DNA of 64,000 bases from Acidobacteriota bacterium (GTDB lineage Bacteria; Acidobacteriota; CAIWXX01). The stretch's first letter is position 1; each line of letters starts with the position of its first letter. The stretch spans positions 192,001-256,000 of the forward strand of contig JBFMAF010000037.1 in assembly GCA_040755995.1 (NCBI GenBank), given 5' to 3'. The notes under the pieces were generated by a model, which was given only the letters and a program-made list of their open reading frames with translations, did no database searches and was not told the DNA's origin. This document shows, one piece after another, positions 52,804 to 61,577 of the stretch. The translations under genes and the position numbers were made by a program.

Positions 52804-53226
52804 ATGCTGAAGCGACTGGGGGCTCTGGTGATGGGCATGGCGGTTGTGGGATTCGCGTGGGGCGGCGATTCCGAATCCGCCCAGATCGGTGTGACGGCCT
52901 TCGTAGTCCCCGCCCTGGGAGTACATCTCGGCTACTCCGGCACCGCCGGCATACCCGATGTCGTCACCTCGCCGCGTCTGGTAGCTGATCGTTTGGTGAT
53001 GCGACGTGGATCGCGTGCCCCGGCCTCAAACACCGCCGCGCTCCGGCTCGACACCTCGTCCGAGACTGCGCTGCAGCGCGCCCAGTTGCTGCCGACCGCG
53101 GCTCAGCTCAGCCGGTTCGATACTCCCCGCCCGGCTCGGCTGGGGACCTCCTCTCCGCCCGGCTCGCTGACTGCCGCCTCCACCGGCAACGCAGAAGAGA
53201 TAACGGTCACCCTGGTCAGGCTTTGA
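52804..53226 (+). CDS. Secreted hypothetical protein, possibly a divergent pilin-like subunit
   Basis: Signal peptide; AQIGVTAFVVP N-terminal strand and ITVTLVRL C-terminal strand; GGAGG RBS. Confidence 0.5.
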   Translation: MLKRLGALVMGMAVVGFAWGGDSESAQIGVTAFVVPALGVHLGYSGTAGIPDVVTSPRLVADRLVMRRGSRAPASNTAALRLDTSSETALQRAQLLPTAAQLSRFDTPRPARLGTSSPPGSLTAASTGNAEEITVTLVRL

Positions 53227-53446
53227 AGTTACCAATTCCCGCGAATCCGGGATGTAGGTTCGAGAAGGGAGGGATGCATTCGAGGTAAGTGACGTATACC
53301 CTGTACCCACCACCGCCGGGGCTCACCCAAGTGCCGTCCCCAGAGAGAGGCCCCCAAGAGTCCCGACGGTGGAACCGTCTTCAACCATGTTCAGCAGCAG
53401 CGCGAGGCCACTGAAACAGGCGCATAATCCTATCTCTGGGGCACCC

Positions 53447-53475
53447 TTGACAAGTCTTAGGACGTGCCTTAGATT
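53447..53475 (+). promoter_or_regulatory. Sigma70-type promoter upstream of the major pilin-like gene
   Basis: TTGACA-N17-TAGATT. Confidence 0.6.
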
Positions 53476-53645
53476 TAGATCTGCGTGGCGACGGTACGGG
53501 TACAGGAGAATCCGATCGCACACGAGATAAATAGAGAATCACGAGGTTGAGGGTCTGGCGCGGCTTGTGGCTCAAGCCGTGTGGGGGCGGAGACATTTTT
53601 TTCGTATCCCGGCCAAGGGGCCGGGAGGTGAGGAGGAAGAAAAGC

Positions 53646-54206
53646 ATGATACGCAAGATTCTAGTTGTGGTAGTTGCGGCGCTCGCGATGGCCGCAGCTG
53701 CCCAGGCTCAGGTCACGGACAACGACACGATCACCGTTACTGCCACCGTCCAGGGCGTGTTCAACTTCACGATCGCTGCGGCATCATACGACTTCGGCAC
53801 GGTTGATGCGTCTGGAACGGGTGGCGGAGTGTACAATCCTGTGATCGGCGGAGCGGTATACACCGCGGACAATGCGACCACCTGGAACTGCGAAAGCGCA
53901 CCCAGGCGCGATGTGGACATCTACAACGACGCGACCAGCTCGTTCGTCGGGCCTGGTGCCACGACAGGTGACAACTTGGAGATCCAGCTTGACCTCACCG
54001 CCAACCCTCTGGGCGGCGGCGCGTCCACTGGCTGGATCAACGCCACGGACGAGGGGACGCCTGCAGGCGATCTCGTCACCGGCGCAACGACGGGGATGGG
54101 CAACAATGACTGCGACGGAAACGTCGACTTCAGACTGACAGTGCTGGATACCCATCCAATCGGCGCCTACACCTGGACCATCGTGCTGACGGCTAGCGGC
54201 ACATAG
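53646..54206 (+). CDS. Putative major fimbrial subunit (chaperone-usher/spore-coat-U-like Ig fold)
   Basis: Signal peptide ending AQA; TITVTATV N-terminal extension; YDFG; C-terminal GAYTWTIVLTAS; strong GAGGAGG RBS. Confidence 0.7.
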   Translation: MIRKILVVVVAALAMAAAAQAQVTDNDTITVTATVQGVFNFTIAAASYDFGTVDASGTGGGVYNPVIGGAVYTADNATTWNCESAPRRDVDIYNDATSSFVGPGATTGDNLEIQLDLTANPLGGGASTGWINATDEGTPAGDLVTGATTGMGNNDCDGNVDFRLTVLDTHPIGAYTWTIVLTASGT

Positions 54207-54231
54207 CGGCCGGCTGGCCGGCGGCACGCGG

Positions 54232-54257
54232 GGAGTCCCCGGCAACACGGGGACTCC
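54232..54257 (+). terminator. Stem-loop after the major pilin-like gene
   Basis: ggagtccccg-gcaaca-cggggactcc followed by tt. Confidence 0.65.
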
Positions 54258-54268
54258 TTCCGAAGGCC

Positions 54269-54970
54269 GTGGTGCTAATCATGTGCCGGAAATCAAAACG
54301 GCGCGCTGAGGCGACTTGCGATCGCCGATTGGGGGCTCCGACTGCGCCGCCGCGGGCGATAGCGGAGTGCGAAGCCAAAGCTCCTACATCAGCGATCGTA
54401 GCCGTCGTGGTGGCGCTAGTCTGCTCTGCAGGCATGCTGCAGGCAGGCAACGGTCGCGTACGCAGCGACGACGGTATGGCGCCGCAACATGCCCGCGAGG
54501 CGCGCTTGCTCGAAATGCGTGACCAGGGCCCGGACCGCCCCGATGACGTGATATCCGACCCCATGCAGCCTGGGATTCGCTGCGATCCGGCGAGATCGGT
54601 TTACTACATCGTGGAGTCGGCGCCGATCTCGTTCGAATCGCTGAATGCGGGCGAGTCGATCGAGAGGCACGGTGCCGTACTGATACGCGTCTTCAGCGAT
54701 CGAGACTGGATTCTGAAGTTGACTCCGGTCGGGCCGCTGAGGGTTGAGGAGACCGGCGGCATCGTTCCGTTCGAGAGGGTTGAGTGGAGGTCTCGTCTGA
54801 GCGGGGGCTACTCGATCTTTCGCGAAGGCGTTCAGGCGGTTGTCGGCCGCGGCGCGCGCACCGGCGCCGGCGGCGAGCTGGTTGTCCTGGATCTTCGAAT
54901 GCAGCTGCTGGACTCGGACCCAGCGGGCCACTACCAGACGTCGCTGCGGGTGACAGTGGAGGGCTATTGA
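54269..54970 (+). CDS. Putative minor fimbrial subunit
   Basis: Hydrophobic signal-like segment; ISFESL, VLIRVFSDRDW and C-terminal PAGHYQTSLRVTV; start uncertain. Confidence 0.6.
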   Translation: MVLIMCRKSKRRAEATCDRRLGAPTAPPRAIAECEAKAPTSAIVAVVVALVCSAGMLQAGNGRVRSDDGMAPQHAREARLLEMRDQGPDRPDDVISDPMQPGIRCDPARSVYYIVESAPISFESLNAGESIERHGAVLIRVFSDRDWILKLTPVGPLRVEETGGIVPFERVEWRSRLSGGYSIFREGVQAVVGRGARTGAGGELVVLDLRMQLLDSDPAGHYQTSLRVTVEGY

Positions 54971-55803
54971 GGCGGGATGGCCGAGGGCCCAGCCCGGACT
55001 TGGTAAGTAGATGGGCCTGCGCCACCGTCACCCTTCTCTTGGCCTGCTGCCAGCCGCTCGCCGCCCAGCTGTCGATCTCGATCTCCCCGGCGTTCGTTGA
55101 ACGAATCGTCAAGCCCGGGAGCCGGGTCACGGACACGATCTCGCTGACCAACCGCAGCAGAGTGCCCGTGTCGGTGCGCGTATCTACCGTCGATTTCGAT
55201 GCGTCGGAGACCAACGAAGTCCTGGAGAAGCCCTCTGGTACTGATCCCGCTTCCCTGGCCCGCTATCTTCGCGTTTCGCCGCTCCAGGTGGAGGTCGCCC
55301 CCGACCAGCAGGTCTTCTTCCGCTACACGATCACGGCTCCGAAGGATTTCACGCAGCTCCGCGCCATGCTCTATTTCGTCTCCCGCCCTGCGCTCGCCCC
55401 GCAAACCCAGGGCCAGCGGGTCGTGTTTGTTCCACGAATGGGTGTTCCGGTATATTTGGAAAACATCGACGCGAGCGCGGCTCGCTTGCGTGTAGAATCG
55501 GTCCAGTGGAAGCGTGCAGGAGAGAAGGGTGAGACACTGGAGCTCACGCTGCTGGTTGTCAACGAAGGAGAGCGAAACATCCGCCCTGACGGCTACCTGG
55601 ATGTTAACGCGAAAGACGGGTCATTCGCAAAGGTGTTCCCGTTCAACGAGGGGCATGAGCCGGTGCTCGCCTTGCACACGCGCAAGTGGACGGCGCAGTT
55701 CGGACCGGTTCCCGGAGGTGAGCTATCGTTGAAGCTGCGATTCGCCACCTCTTCACGGAGCTCGCACGAATCGGAGTCCGTCATCCCCGCCTTCGTTCCC
55801 TGA
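54967..55803 (+). CDS. Putative periplasmic pilus chaperone (PapD/DUF916-like, two Ig domains)
   Basis: Signal ending QPLAA; ISISP, ISLTNRS, LRVSP, PRMGVPVY and VVNEGERNIR; TTG start overlapping the upstream stop is inferred. Confidence 0.65.
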   Translation: MRRDGRGPSPDLVSRWACATVTLLLACCQPLAAQLSISISPAFVERIVKPGSRVTDTISLTNRSRVPVSVRVSTVDFDASETNEVLEKPSGTDPASLARYLRVSPLQVEVAPDQQVFFRYTITAPKDFTQLRAMLYFVSRPALAPQTQGQRVVFVPRMGVPVYLENIDASAARLRVESVQWKRAGEKGETLELTLLVVNEGERNIRPDGYLDVNAKDGSFAKVFPFNEGHEPVLALHTRKWTAQFGPVPGGELSLKLRFATSSRSSHESESVIPAFVP

Positions 55804-57851
55804 GTCTCCTGATCGCCGCGGCGTGCACTCTGTGCCACCCGCCCGCCCGCGCCCAGCAGACTTCGCCTTCGGTGATACCCACCCCGGGATACTACGACCT
55901 GTACTTTTCGAGCAGGATATTCGATCTGCCGCTTTTTGGCAGCGAGTCCCCGATCAGCTATCACTTGTTTGCGAGCCAGCTTCTGGGCTCGGGAGCCAGC
56001 GTGACCTCATGGCTCGACAGCGGTTTTCCAAACTATCGAACGGACGCCGGATTGGAAATCTCGCAGATCCGATTCCGCGAAGGCCTCTGTCGCGTCAACG
56101 CGGGTGATTTCCGTTTCTCGCCGCTCCAGCCGGCGACCTTCATCCCGTTCACGCGGGAGAGCTATCCGATGCAAGGGGGAGAGGTGCGCTATGCCGGAGA
56201 CCGCAAGCAGTGGAGTCTGTTCGCGGGACGCCCGAAGTACTTCATTCAGCTTCCGCGGGAGCCGACGGAAGAGCCGTGGCTTTTCGGAGCCAGGTACCTT
56301 GCGAAGCGTAGCCCCGGCTGGGTCGGGGTCTCAGTAATCGGCGTCGAGAATCCAACTTACGTGGAGCCTCTTGGAGGTGGCTCGAAGACAACGGGATTGC
56401 TCGCGGGCGATCTGATTCGTGAGATCTCCCCGCGATCCAGCGTCTTTGGGGAGGTGCTGTTGACTGCGGATGGAGGCGTCGGGGCGCGCGCAGGCGCTCA
56501 GCGGCAGCTCGACTACGGCGCAGTCAAGCTCACCGTCTACTCGTTCGACAGCTCCTTCCCATACGTGTATCCGCTCTATCGCCCCGGCGAGTGGGGCGCC
56601 GAGTTGTCCGGCCAGTTCCGGCCCTCTGAGTTCTCCAGCGTATCCGGATATCTCAATTTCTATGACGACACGCGCGTCGAGCAGAAGAAGGACTTTCGGC
56701 TTGCTCTGGGATACTCGAAGAGCTTCGGGAGCAATCGGCCGAGCATTGAGATCGGGTACGACCGCAACGACGTGGTCTACGATTCCCTCAGTGTGGCGAC
56801 CTCCGACATAGTCGCAAATCGCTTCACGTTCAGCGTGAACAAGAGCTCCAGCGTCGAGATGACCAGGCTGACCGCCGAGTACACCACGGGGTCCGAAGGG
56901 GGCCAGCCCGATCGCGCTCAGGTCTATTTCCTCTTCCAGCGCGTCGTTGGATTCGACTCGTTCCTGACGGGATCCGCCGTAGTGCACCGGGAAGTGGGCA
57001 CGGGATTCGGCTTCACTGCACTGACGACGATCGAGCGGCCGTGGCGGGGCCGGTACTACTACCTCGTGGGAGGGGGTGCCGAGTACCTGGATGATTCAGG
57101 GCGCAAGTCGGGCGAAGGCGTCCTCCGTCTGGGTCTGTCGCGGCGGGTGCTGGAGAGCGGATGGTGGGCTCGCATCGAGGCAGCCATACCCTTCTCCGTG
57201 GGCCTCTCCAGAAGCGGAATCACCAACAGGCAGATCGCCTTCGACTTCGGTCACAAGCTCAGATGGAAGGATATCCACGACCTTCGTGGGGTTTTCGGTT
57301 CCCTCCTCGCCAGAGACACCGGTACAATCGAGGGGCGGGTTGTTCGGGAGGGGCAGGGAGTCAGCGGGCTGAAGATCTTGGTGGCCGGCGTTCACCGCGA
57401 CACCACCGGCAGGGACGGCTCGTTTCGTGTCACACGAGTGGCGTCGGGACTGACCACCGTGTCCCTCGACGTTCGTCAGCTCGAACCTCGCTTGTCCGTC
57501 GTTGGGGGTCCTTCTCGGAGCGTGCTGGTGACGGCTCGCGAGACGACACGAGTCGAGCTGCAGCTGGCGGAGCTCAGCTACTTTCAGGGATCCGTGGTGA
57601 TCTGCGACGGGGAACAGGTCCGGCCGGTCGAAGGCGCCTCGATCACCATCCGCGGCGACCGACACGAGGCAAAGGCAGAGACGGACTACCTGGGAGGCTT
57701 CCAGTTCGAGAACATACCGCCGGGGGTTTACGAGGTCAGCATTGATCCGGCCACGTTGAACGGCGGAATCGCGCCAGCAACGCCGCTCGTCTGGCGGGTC
57801 GATCTGACCCAGGACCTCGCAGGATACGTAATCCGCATCAACTGCCCTTGA
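55800..57851 (+). CDS. Usher-like outer-membrane beta-barrel protein with two C-terminal carboxypeptidase-regulatory-like domains
   Basis: Amphipathic beta-strands; GDFRFS; GTIEGRV..G..TTGRDGSF and TDYLGGFQFENIPPGVYEV. The in-frame signal peptide lies upstream of the GTG at 55872, so the start is uncertain. Confidence 0.65.
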   Translation: MSLLIAAACTLCHPPARAQQTSPSVIPTPGYYDLYFSSRIFDLPLFGSESPISYHLFASQLLGSGASVTSWLDSGFPNYRTDAGLEISQIRFREGLCRVNAGDFRFSPLQPATFIPFTRESYPMQGGEVRYAGDRKQWSLFAGRPKYFIQLPREPTEEPWLFGARYLAKRSPGWVGVSVIGVENPTYVEPLGGGSKTTGLLAGDLIREISPRSSVFGEVLLTADGGVGARAGAQRQLDYGAVKLTVYSFDSSFPYVYPLYRPGEWGAELSGQFRPSEFSSVSGYLNFYDDTRVEQKKDFRLALGYSKSFGSNRPSIEIGYDRNDVVYDSLSVATSDIVANRFTFSVNKSSSVEMTRLTAEYTTGSEGGQPDRAQVYFLFQRVVGFDSFLTGSAVVHREVGTGFGFTALTTIERPWRGRYYYLVGGGAEYLDDSGRKSGEGVLRLGLSRRVLESGWWARIEAAIPFSVGLSRSGITNRQIAFDFGHKLRWKDIHDLRGVFGSLLARDTGTIEGRVVREGQGVSGLKILVAGVHRDTTGRDGSFRVTRVASGLTTVSLDVRQLEPRLSVVGGPSRSVLVTARETTRVELQLAELSYFQGSVVICDGEQVRPVEGASITIRGDRHEAKAETDYLGGFQFENIPPGVYEVSIDPATLNGGIAPATPLVWRVDLTQDLAGYVIRINCP

Positions 57852-58029
57852 CGGCGGCGTCAACCTCCGCAGCGGACCTCGGCCAAGGAACTCGTCGTCG
57901 GCGTGTGCGTAGAGGCACGGCACCTGATTCCTGCCCTTTCGTCACCCGGTGACACCCATTCATCCCCAGACGGTTGTCCAGAACCGGCGGCCGGTCTACC
58001 TTCTTGGATAAGCGGGCGGACGCCGAGCC

Positions 58030-58731
58030 ATGAGAGCTACTTACTTCGCATTCCTGCTCTCAGCGACCCTCTCAGTCCAACAGGCCGGCGCCGCCCGGCA
58101 TCCAGACATCGACCGCATCGGCGCCCGGAACATCAATCACGGAATCTACGGCTTCCCGAACTTCATCAGCCCGGAAGAGGAAGCCCGGCTGGGTGCGAAG
58201 CTCGATGAAGCGCTCCAGTTGACCGAACACCTGGTGGTTGAACGCGTGGCCCAAGCCCGCATCGAGTCGATCGCCGCTCGCGTGGCACTGTCAAGCGACT
58301 ATACAGGAGAGGTGCGCGTCCGTCTCACGACGAGCCGCCCACTCAAGGCCACTGCCATAATGGGGGGCTACCTCTACATCGACACTTCGGTCGTCGCCCT
58401 GACCAGCTCCGACGACGAGCTCGCCGCCGTACTCGCCCACGAGGTTGCACACCTGGCCGCCCGGCATGGCTCCGAGCTGATCTGCTACTACCAGTTCCTG
58501 GAACGCCGGTTCAAGACCCCACGCGTTATCGCCAACAACATCACAGATCGCATTCTTGCCAACGAGCTAGAGGCCGACGAGCTGGCCGCTCAGTACCTCC
58601 AGCTCGCTGGCTACGATCCAACGGCTCTTCCCCTGATACTGTGCAAGCTCGACGGCGGCCCGACCACCCGCCGCAGGATCGAGGAGCTCAGGAACAACCC
58701 GGCGCAGGCAGCGGGCTCGATCTCACGCTGA
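58030..58731 (+). CDS. M48 family metallopeptidase (short, BepA-like, secreted)
   Basis: DELAAVLAHEVAH, ELEADELA and AGYDP; signal peptide. Confidence 0.85.
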   Translation: MRATYFAFLLSATLSVQQAGAARHPDIDRIGARNINHGIYGFPNFISPEEEARLGAKLDEALQLTEHLVVERVAQARIESIAARVALSSDYTGEVRVRLTTSRPLKATAIMGGYLYIDTSVVALTSSDDELAAVLAHEVAHLAARHGSELICYYQFLERRFKTPRVIANNITDRILANELEADELAAQYLQLAGYDPTALPLILCKLDGGPTTRRRIEELRNNPAQAAGSISR

Positions 58732-58844
58732 GCCTCGTGGCCGTTCTCCGCGTCACCCCCTCTCTGGGACTGCATCCGTTGCGACATTGATCGGTTTCAC
58801 CGGCCCGCGGTGAGGCCGCTTCCTGCCGGACCCCGGATCGAGGC

Positions 58845-59747
58845 TCAGGACGCAGCGTAGGCCGGCGCAAACACGGTCCGTGCAAACTCCTCCAGAGTCG
58901 TTCGCGTCGTGTTCGAGGATGTCCTGGGCTCTGCAGAGCGCAGCACGCCGTCATTGAAGCTCCGGTACATCTCAACCATCGTCTCCGCAGCATTCCGCGA
59001 CATCCCCATCTTGAGCAGCGCGTCGAGCGTGCCCTCGTACGGAAACTGGACGTATGCAAGATCCGGCCGGCCGATGGCTGCGCCCAGTATCTTCGTGGAC
59101 TCCGCCTGATTCAAGTCGGCTGCTCCGAGCAGCTCCTCCACCCTCGATCCGGCGAAGTTCATTTCCAGCAGCCTTTGCGCCGCGCGTTCGGCGATATCCG
59201 CCGTGGCGATCTGGGAAACGGCGATGTCCGGGCGCATCGAGCCGCCATTGATCCCCTGCGCCTTGATCAGCGGGATATTCCAGAGGTGGTTCTCCATGAA
59301 GAAGGCCGGCCGCAGATTCAGGACCGCGATTCCGCTCAGCTTGTTCATGCGTTGCTCGTGATCGTGGAGCCCCGCTATGGGCCCCGTTCCTTCCGGCAGG
59401 TGTGCCCCGATGCTGCTGAGGTTCACCACCTTGCGAACGCCCGAATTGCGAGCGGCTTCGGTGAGCGATTCGCTTACCTGATTCTGGTAGGCACGGAAAT
59501 CGCTCACTTCGTAACGTGGAGGAATCATGGCGAAGACTCCTTCGGCCCCGGTGAAGGAACGCTCCAGGAAGGCACGATCACCGATGTCCCCGGCACTGGG
59601 CTCGGCTCCCCGGGCCGCAAACCGCTTCAGCCGCACCTCATCGCGGCCGACGACTCTAACCCTCACGCCCCTGGCGAGAAGGCGTTCAGCCAGCTTGCTC
59701 CCGACATTCCCCGTAGCTCCAGTGATGACGTACAGTGGCTTGTTCAT
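58845..59747 (-). CDS. NmrA-family NAD(P)-binding protein
   Basis: ITGATGNVGS, LSSIGA and LRPAFFMEN. Confidence 0.88.
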   Translation of the reverse strand: MNKPLYVITGATGNVGSKLAERLLARGVRVRVVGRDEVRLKRFAARGAEPSAGDIGDRAFLERSFTGAEGVFAMIPPRYEVSDFRAYQNQVSESLTEAARNSGVRKVVNLSSIGAHLPEGTGPIAGLHDHEQRMNKLSGIAVLNLRPAFFMENHLWNIPLIKAQGINGGSMRPDIAVSQIATADIAERAAQRLLEMNFAGSRVEELLGAADLNQAESTKILGAAIGRPDLAYVQFPYEGTLDALLKMGMSRNAAETMVEMYRSFNDGVLRSAEPRTSSNTTRTTLEEFARTVFAPAYAAS

Positions 59748-59773
59748 TTCCTTCTACTCCTTGTTGACTCTCG

Positions 59774-59801
59774 ATTATAACATGACCATCCGGATGGTCA
59801 A
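59774..59801 (-). promoter_or_regulatory. nmrA-like promoter with a perfect 18-bp TetR operator
   Basis: TTGACC-N16-TATAAT on the minus strand; palindrome TGACCATCCGGATGGTCA at 59783-59800. Confidence 0.8.
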
Positions 59802-59899
59802 GAAATATCATACGAAATACGACGCGACAAGGGCGAGCTCCAGGCAGAGCACGGGGCGCGAGATGAGAACGGCCAGGCAGGTGTGGGTTTCTCACTCTT

Positions 59900-60502
59900 T
59901 CATCTAACCTTATGCATTTCCAGGTATTTTCTTGCCATATCGCGCGCGCCTTCGACCGCGTCCGCCGATCGGCTGGCCTTCGAGACGAGTATGGCGCCTT
60001 CCAGAAGAGATACCAGGGACTGCGCTGCCCGGTTCGCGTCGAACTCAGCGCGGAAGTACCCGCGCTCCTTCCAGTTCCACAGGAAACCGGCTATCGTCAA
60101 GCGCCAAAAGCGGAAGTGCTGCGCGACTCGTCCTCGTATCTCCTCATCACGGTCGCTTACGGCCAGGGCAGTGTTGCCGACAAAGCACCCACCGCGACAC
60201 TTGGTTTGCGACATCCAGGCGGCTGTCTCGGCGAACATCTCGTCCACAGTCGCTACCGGGTCATTTCCTGTCGACCCGAAGCGGGCGAGCACCACCTCAC
60301 GCAACCCTTCGATGACACGATCGAGAACTGCTTGCATCAACGCGCGTTTACTTGGGAAGTAGTGGAACAGGTTGGCTTTCTTGATCTTGGCGGCCCGCGC
60401 CACGTCCTCCATACTCACGCCGTCAAACCCGTCCTGATGGTAGAGCCTGAGCGCCGTCTCCAGCAACCGCTCCCGCGCCACAGTGTCAGGCTTGCGCGCC
60501 AT
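59900..60502 (-). CDS. TetR/AcrR-family regulator
   Basis: GFDGVSMEDVARAAKIKKANLFHYFPSKRAL and GCFVGN. Confidence 0.92.
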   Translation of the reverse strand: MARKPDTVARERLLETALRLYHQDGFDGVSMEDVARAAKIKKANLFHYFPSKRALMQAVLDRVIEGLREVVLARFGSTGNDPVATVDEMFAETAAWMSQTKCRGGCFVGNTALAVSDRDEEIRGRVAQHFRFWRLTIAGFLWNWKERGYFRAEFDANRAAQSLVSLLEGAILVSKASRSADAVEGARDMARKYLEMHKVR

Positions 60503-60506
60503 ATGT

Positions 60507-60550
60507 TGACCAACCGGATGGTATTATATCAATCCGAGGAGCAGAGTCAA
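60507..60550 (-). promoter_or_regulatory. tetR promoter with a second operator copy
   Basis: TTGACT-N16-TATAAT on the minus strand; TGACCAACCGGATGGTAT at 60507-60524 is a 15/18 match to the nmrA operator. Confidence 0.75.
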
Positions 60551-60621
60551 GTCATTTCTGCCGGCGTGGAGCGTGTGGGCGATGATGAGGAGGCCGGATG
60601 GGCCCCCAGGGGTTTCAGCTC

Positions 60622-61002
60622 TCACCTCGGCTTGAAGACCAGCAATTTCAAATCCTTGATCGCCTTGAGGTGCCTGGCGTTGCTCGTACACAGCGGAAGC
60701 TTTAGCTCGGCCGCCGTCGCGGCCACGATGGCGTCGCCCGCGCGGAGCCCGTGGGAGAGGGCGTACTCCTCGATGTAGACACCCGCACGGTGGCCGATTT
60801 CCTCCGAAAGGGGAAGGACCTTGAACGCGAACTCCTTCAGGAAGCTCCTGGTGTGCTCGCGTTGTTGCTTGTTCTGTGCGCCCTGGAGCAACTCCATATA
60901 TGTTTGAACCGACAGCAGGCGCTCCGCCTCCGCCTCGACCAGATGGGCCGCGGCAGCATTCCCTCGCTCTATCCAGATGAAGATATCCGTGTCAAAGATC
61001 AC
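60622..61002 (-). CDS. VapC PIN-domain toxin
   Basis: IFDTDIFI, YMELLQG, GDAIVAATA and TSNARH. Confidence 0.88.
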   Translation of the reverse strand: MIFDTDIFIWIERGNAAAAHLVEAEAERLLSVQTYMELLQGAQNKQQREHTRSFLKEFAFKVLPLSEEIGHRAGVYIEEYALSHGLRAGDAIVAATAAELKLPLCTSNARHLKAIKDLKLLVFKPR

Positions 61003-61228
61003 GATATCTGCCTCCCCGCAAGACGTCCATCCGGCGAGTGACAGGTTCCTTGCTTTTGCGCATTCCAAAGAAAGGGTGCTCCGCCATACTTCGCACGGGA
61101 GCTGTCCGGGGGGCGGAGAGCACACCTTTCAGCTTGCCATGCGAGTGAACACTGACGTCTTCGTTCCGTTCCAGGGCCTTGAGGACGTCGTGCATCCGGT
61201 ATCTGAGATCGACCACACTTGCCTTCAT
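60992..61228 (-). CDS. Phd/YefM-like antitoxin
   Basis: MKASVVDLRYRMHDVLKALERNEDV..HGK; GGAGG RBS; overlaps vapC. Confidence 0.8.
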   Translation of the reverse strand: MKASVVDLRYRMHDVLKALERNEDVSVHSHGKLKGVLSAPRTAPVRSMAEHPFFGMRKSKEPVTRRMDVLRGGRYRDL

Positions 61229-61242
61229 CGCGGCCTCCCATA

Positions 61243-61261
61243 TGTATAACGGCACTATACA
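61243..61261. promoter_or_regulatory. Probable TA operator
   Basis: TGTATA-N7-TATACA inverted repeat just upstream of the antitoxin. Confidence 0.5.
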
Positions 61262-61293
61262 CAAGCAACGGGGGGGCACGTCAAGTGCCGGGG

Positions 61294-61349
61294 GACGCAA
61301 GACGGAAGACGCAAGACGGAAGACGGAAGACGGCAGAGGGAAGACGTCC
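61294..61349 (+). repeat. Heptamer array GACGGAA-like x8
   Basis: gacgcaa gacggaa gacgcaa gacggaa gacggaa gacggca gagggaa gacgtcc. Confidence 0.85.
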
Positions 61350-61577
61350 GAAAACCGGGCATCTCGCCTGGCTCCCGGTCCTATCGGTCGTTGCCACATC
61401 CAGCCCGGTCCGCGGAGAGGATCAACACAGATCACGAAGCCCGTGTGTCCGAAAGTCGAGCACGGAAGACATGACGCCTTGCCCCTGCATGTGGTCCTAT
61501 CTCTGTGAAAAACAAGTAGCTCTCCCGCGCTGCTTCCCTGGCATGGAAAACGCAGTCCGACCAGGTGGAGGTGTGAG

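Noticed and set aside
53480..53645. Riboswitch (e.g. c-di-GMP) in the long leader of the pilin-like gene
   Set aside because: Two hairpins are present but I could not match any riboswitch consensus; an Rfam cmscan would settle it.
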